Shown here one piece after another: positions 61,341-64,000 of a stretch of DNA of 64,000 nucleotides. How positions within the stretch are numbered: position 1 is the stretch's first letter; each line of letters begins with the position of its first letter. A model generated the notes under the pieces. The model was not told the origin of the DNA and made no database searches. It saw nothing but the letters and a program-made list of their open reading frames with translations. A program made the translations under genes and the position numbers. The DNA is from Torpedo marmorata (lineage: Eukaryota): positions 37,696,001 to 37,760,000 of the forward strand of contig OZ360232.1 of NCBI GenBank assembly GCA_977017645.1. The letters are read 5' to 3'.

Positions 61341-61894
61341 GTCATTGGAAGACCAGGCTGTTCGGGATGCAGCCATTTTTACACGGTTTCTATATCAGAT
61401 CTAAATTCCAAATCTGATATGAGAATTAATGCATTTTATCTCCAGGCTGTACTTTAATTTCAACACATGAGAAAGATATCTAAATTGACAAGTGGCAGCC
61501 CAGAGATGTATTGTTGCTTGTAAAAATATCATCTAAATTGTAAAATTTTGCTCGCTTCACCATTATGTCGAGCATGCGAACGACCCACGGCATTAATTGC
61601 AGCATTTCGGGAGTATTTTGTCGTCGAAAAGAAAAGGTTTTTGCACACGTCACAAGAAACCAGAGCTTACGGTCAATAGCAAAACGCAGGCTGCGTTTGA
61701 GGCTAGAAAACCGTGGAAAGATTATGAATAGTAGTCTAATCAATATCATCTGAAGGAATATTCTCATTGAACAATGCAAGTCACCAAGGATCGCAATTTC
61801 AATAATATGGGCAGTGTTGTATCTCTCAATACCAGAAACTTCAATATGACTGACATTATTTTCCTACTTTTTACATCATATGTGATGTTAATAT

Positions 61895-62270
61895 TTCCGA
61901 ACAAATGGAATTTAACATAGAAAAATATAAGATGTTGCCTTTTGGGAAGTCTAACCTGTATCGTATGACCGATACAGTCAATGGTAGGAATCTGGGGAGT
62001 GTTGTAAAGAAAAGGGATTTAGGGGTACAGGGAGATAGTACCTGTAAATTCGTGTCACGGGTAGATAGGGTAGTCTAAACGGCTTTCAACGCATTGGACT
62101 TCATCAGTCAGAGTATTGAGTATAGATGTTGAGAGATCATGTTGCAATTGGATAAGACGTTGGTGAGGCCCCATTTGGAATATTGTGTTCACGGTTCCGC
62201 AGAAAAGGTGTCAAGATGGAGAAGGTGCAGAGAGGATTTAGGAGGATATTGCTAGGACTCGGGGCAGGAG
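61895..62270 (+). mobile_element. Degraded CR1 fragment
   Basis: aaatggaatttaac, ttggtgaggccccatttggaatattgtg. Confidence 0.75.
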
Positions 62271-63344
62271 GTCAATGTTGTTGCTCATTACTCCACTGAA
62301 CCATGTTGGATCCTGACATCTGGTACTGCTTTTGATGACTTTGTGCATTCTCCCCGTGAGGGTTTTCTCTAGATACTCAAACTTGAACTAGTAAGTTGAT
62401 TGTCCACTGTAGGTTACTCATACATGTAGAAGAATGACAGTCAGAACGTTTATATGTTAACTGATGGGCATGTTTAGGAGACAATAAATTGAAGGGCCAT
62501 GAGAAAGTATGACCGCCGAGAAGGAAGGGTAACTAATGGATTACGCCCGCCCCAATCCCCAACTCCACCACTGAAGCCAAAGCTGGCACAGGCCAAATAT
62601 TATAAATATCTGGAACTGCCAAGCAAAATCAATAAATCCACGGACAATAAGGCGATGGGAATAGGTACAACATTGCTAGTTGAAGCAATATCCACAAAAT
62701 GAAATTTAATCACCTAACATGAACATGGCAGCCTATACAACGAGCAATATACAGTACACAATCTATATTCTTTACTGTTTCTACACTAGTGATACATGAT
62801 TACTGCGAGTCCAAGTTACAACCGCGGCCCATCTAAAATATGCCACAAATTAGGATGCGCCTGGAACCTTGTGAATGTAATTTTGTCATTAACTTCTTCA
62901 AAGTTTCCTCCGGATAAATCATTGAACAGAAATCTTCATTTGTATTTCCTACATACACTGGGGATGTGACATGCCTATAGATCGTATGTCCCGAATGCTA
63001 TTTACTTCCCATCACTTGATATTTATGTCGTTTCCCTTCTGCTCTCTGGACCAACGTCCACATGCTTTATTTACTGCATACATCACTGATACAACCTTCA
63101 TTGGACATTAATAAAAAGATAAACGATGCTCCAGGATGTTTGTGTGGCTGGCTGCTGACAGTGAACGAAGTACTTTGGTCCCATGTTGCACGGAAGGAGC
63201 AACGAGGGCTATGTACATAATTTCACCCACAATTGTCCTCTAAAATTGGTATCAATTCCATATCGTACAAAATAGGTTGAACGGCTATTTCATCAAAGGC
63301 GACGAATTATGATTGCACACTATTAAATGTTCATGAGGGCAGTC

Positions 63345-63490
63345 CGGCTTTAAGAAATGTTGATGCAATTTTGGAAAGGGACTGGTTGTGTCGCTGTGCA
63401 CCAATAAGAATCTCAAACGCAGATATGGATCCATTACCCCTCCCACAACCTAACAAGAAAGATCAGAATCGGCGAGAAAACGAGCAGACG
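63345..63490 (+). promoter_or_regulatory. Pcdh promoter with CSE
   Basis: GTCGCTGTGCACCAAT at 63390, 240 bp upstream of ATG 63630. Confidence 0.88.
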
Positions 63491-63629
63491 GCGTTTAAGC
63501 TGTAGATGCGAGTGGAGAAGAATGAACACTTTATAAAATATTTTATTGCTGCAACAATTTGGTGGTAAGACTTGTTCTCCGGTTATTAGAGCAGAATTCT
63601 GTGTTTGGGAAATAATGCAGTGCGGAGTA

Positions 63630-64000
63630 ATGGCGAATTCGGCGCCATACAAAGCCATTGCGTTCTGTAGGGTTGCTTTTATGATTCTGGGATGTATAAT
63701 GGCGTTGACTGCAGAACAAATTCGATATTCTATTCCAGAGGAAGTGGAGATAGGGACTTTTGTTGGAAATATCGCTGAAGATTTGAGATTAAATGTACCG
63801 CAATTGTCCGCTCGTAAATTACGACTAGGCTCTGAAGATGGCGGTCAGTATATGAAGGTTAATTTGGATAATGGGATTTTGTATCTTCGTGAAAGAATCG
63901 ACCGGGAACTTCTTTGCGGACAGGCAACTGTGTGTCTCATTCCTTTTGAAATAATACTGGAAAATCCTTTGACAGTACATCGCGGGGAAGTCCAGATTCT
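63630..64000 (+). CDS. Clustered protocadherin, 5' part (runs off window; absent from ORF track)
   Basis: Manual translation MANSAPYKAIAF...EQIRYSIPEEVEIGTFVGNIAEDLRL...RIDRELLCGQATVCLIPFEIILENPLTVHRGEVQI, open to the window end. Confidence 0.95.
   Translation, partial: MANSAPYKAIAFCRVAFMILGCIMALTAEQIRYSIPEEVEIGTFVGNIAEDLRLNVPQLSARKLRLGSEDGGQYMKVNLDNGILYLRERIDRELLCGQATVCLIPFEIILENPLTVHRGEVQI

Overview
Eukaryotic vertebrate DNA, most likely a cartilaginous fish (inferred from HE1/V-SINE-type, CR1 and Penelope-tail repeats). It covers part of a clustered protocadherin (Pcdh) array: four complete ~2.4-kb six-cadherin-repeat ORFs plus the start of a fifth, all on the + strand. Each has a CSE (CGCT/CTCF-type) promoter with invariant motif spacing, and each complete ORF appears to end in its own stop codon rather than a splice donor; three are followed by AATAAA. 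The first 13.9 kb is a nest of two related BEL/Pao LTR elements in opposite orientation, both TSD-defined. Both have a SAP-like domain at the Gag N-terminus and lack RT/RNaseH/integrase core, which is replaced by an unexplained coiled-coil ORF fused to the protease. Each carries a short L1 insertion, one with an apparent 3' transduction. Intergenic DNA is packed with CR1, Rex1/Babar, Penelope (tails carrying degenerate hammerhead-ribozyme motifs), hAT MITEs (single and composite), V-SINEs and a tRNA-Thr-headed SINE. All family calls come from motif recognition by eye, without database searches.
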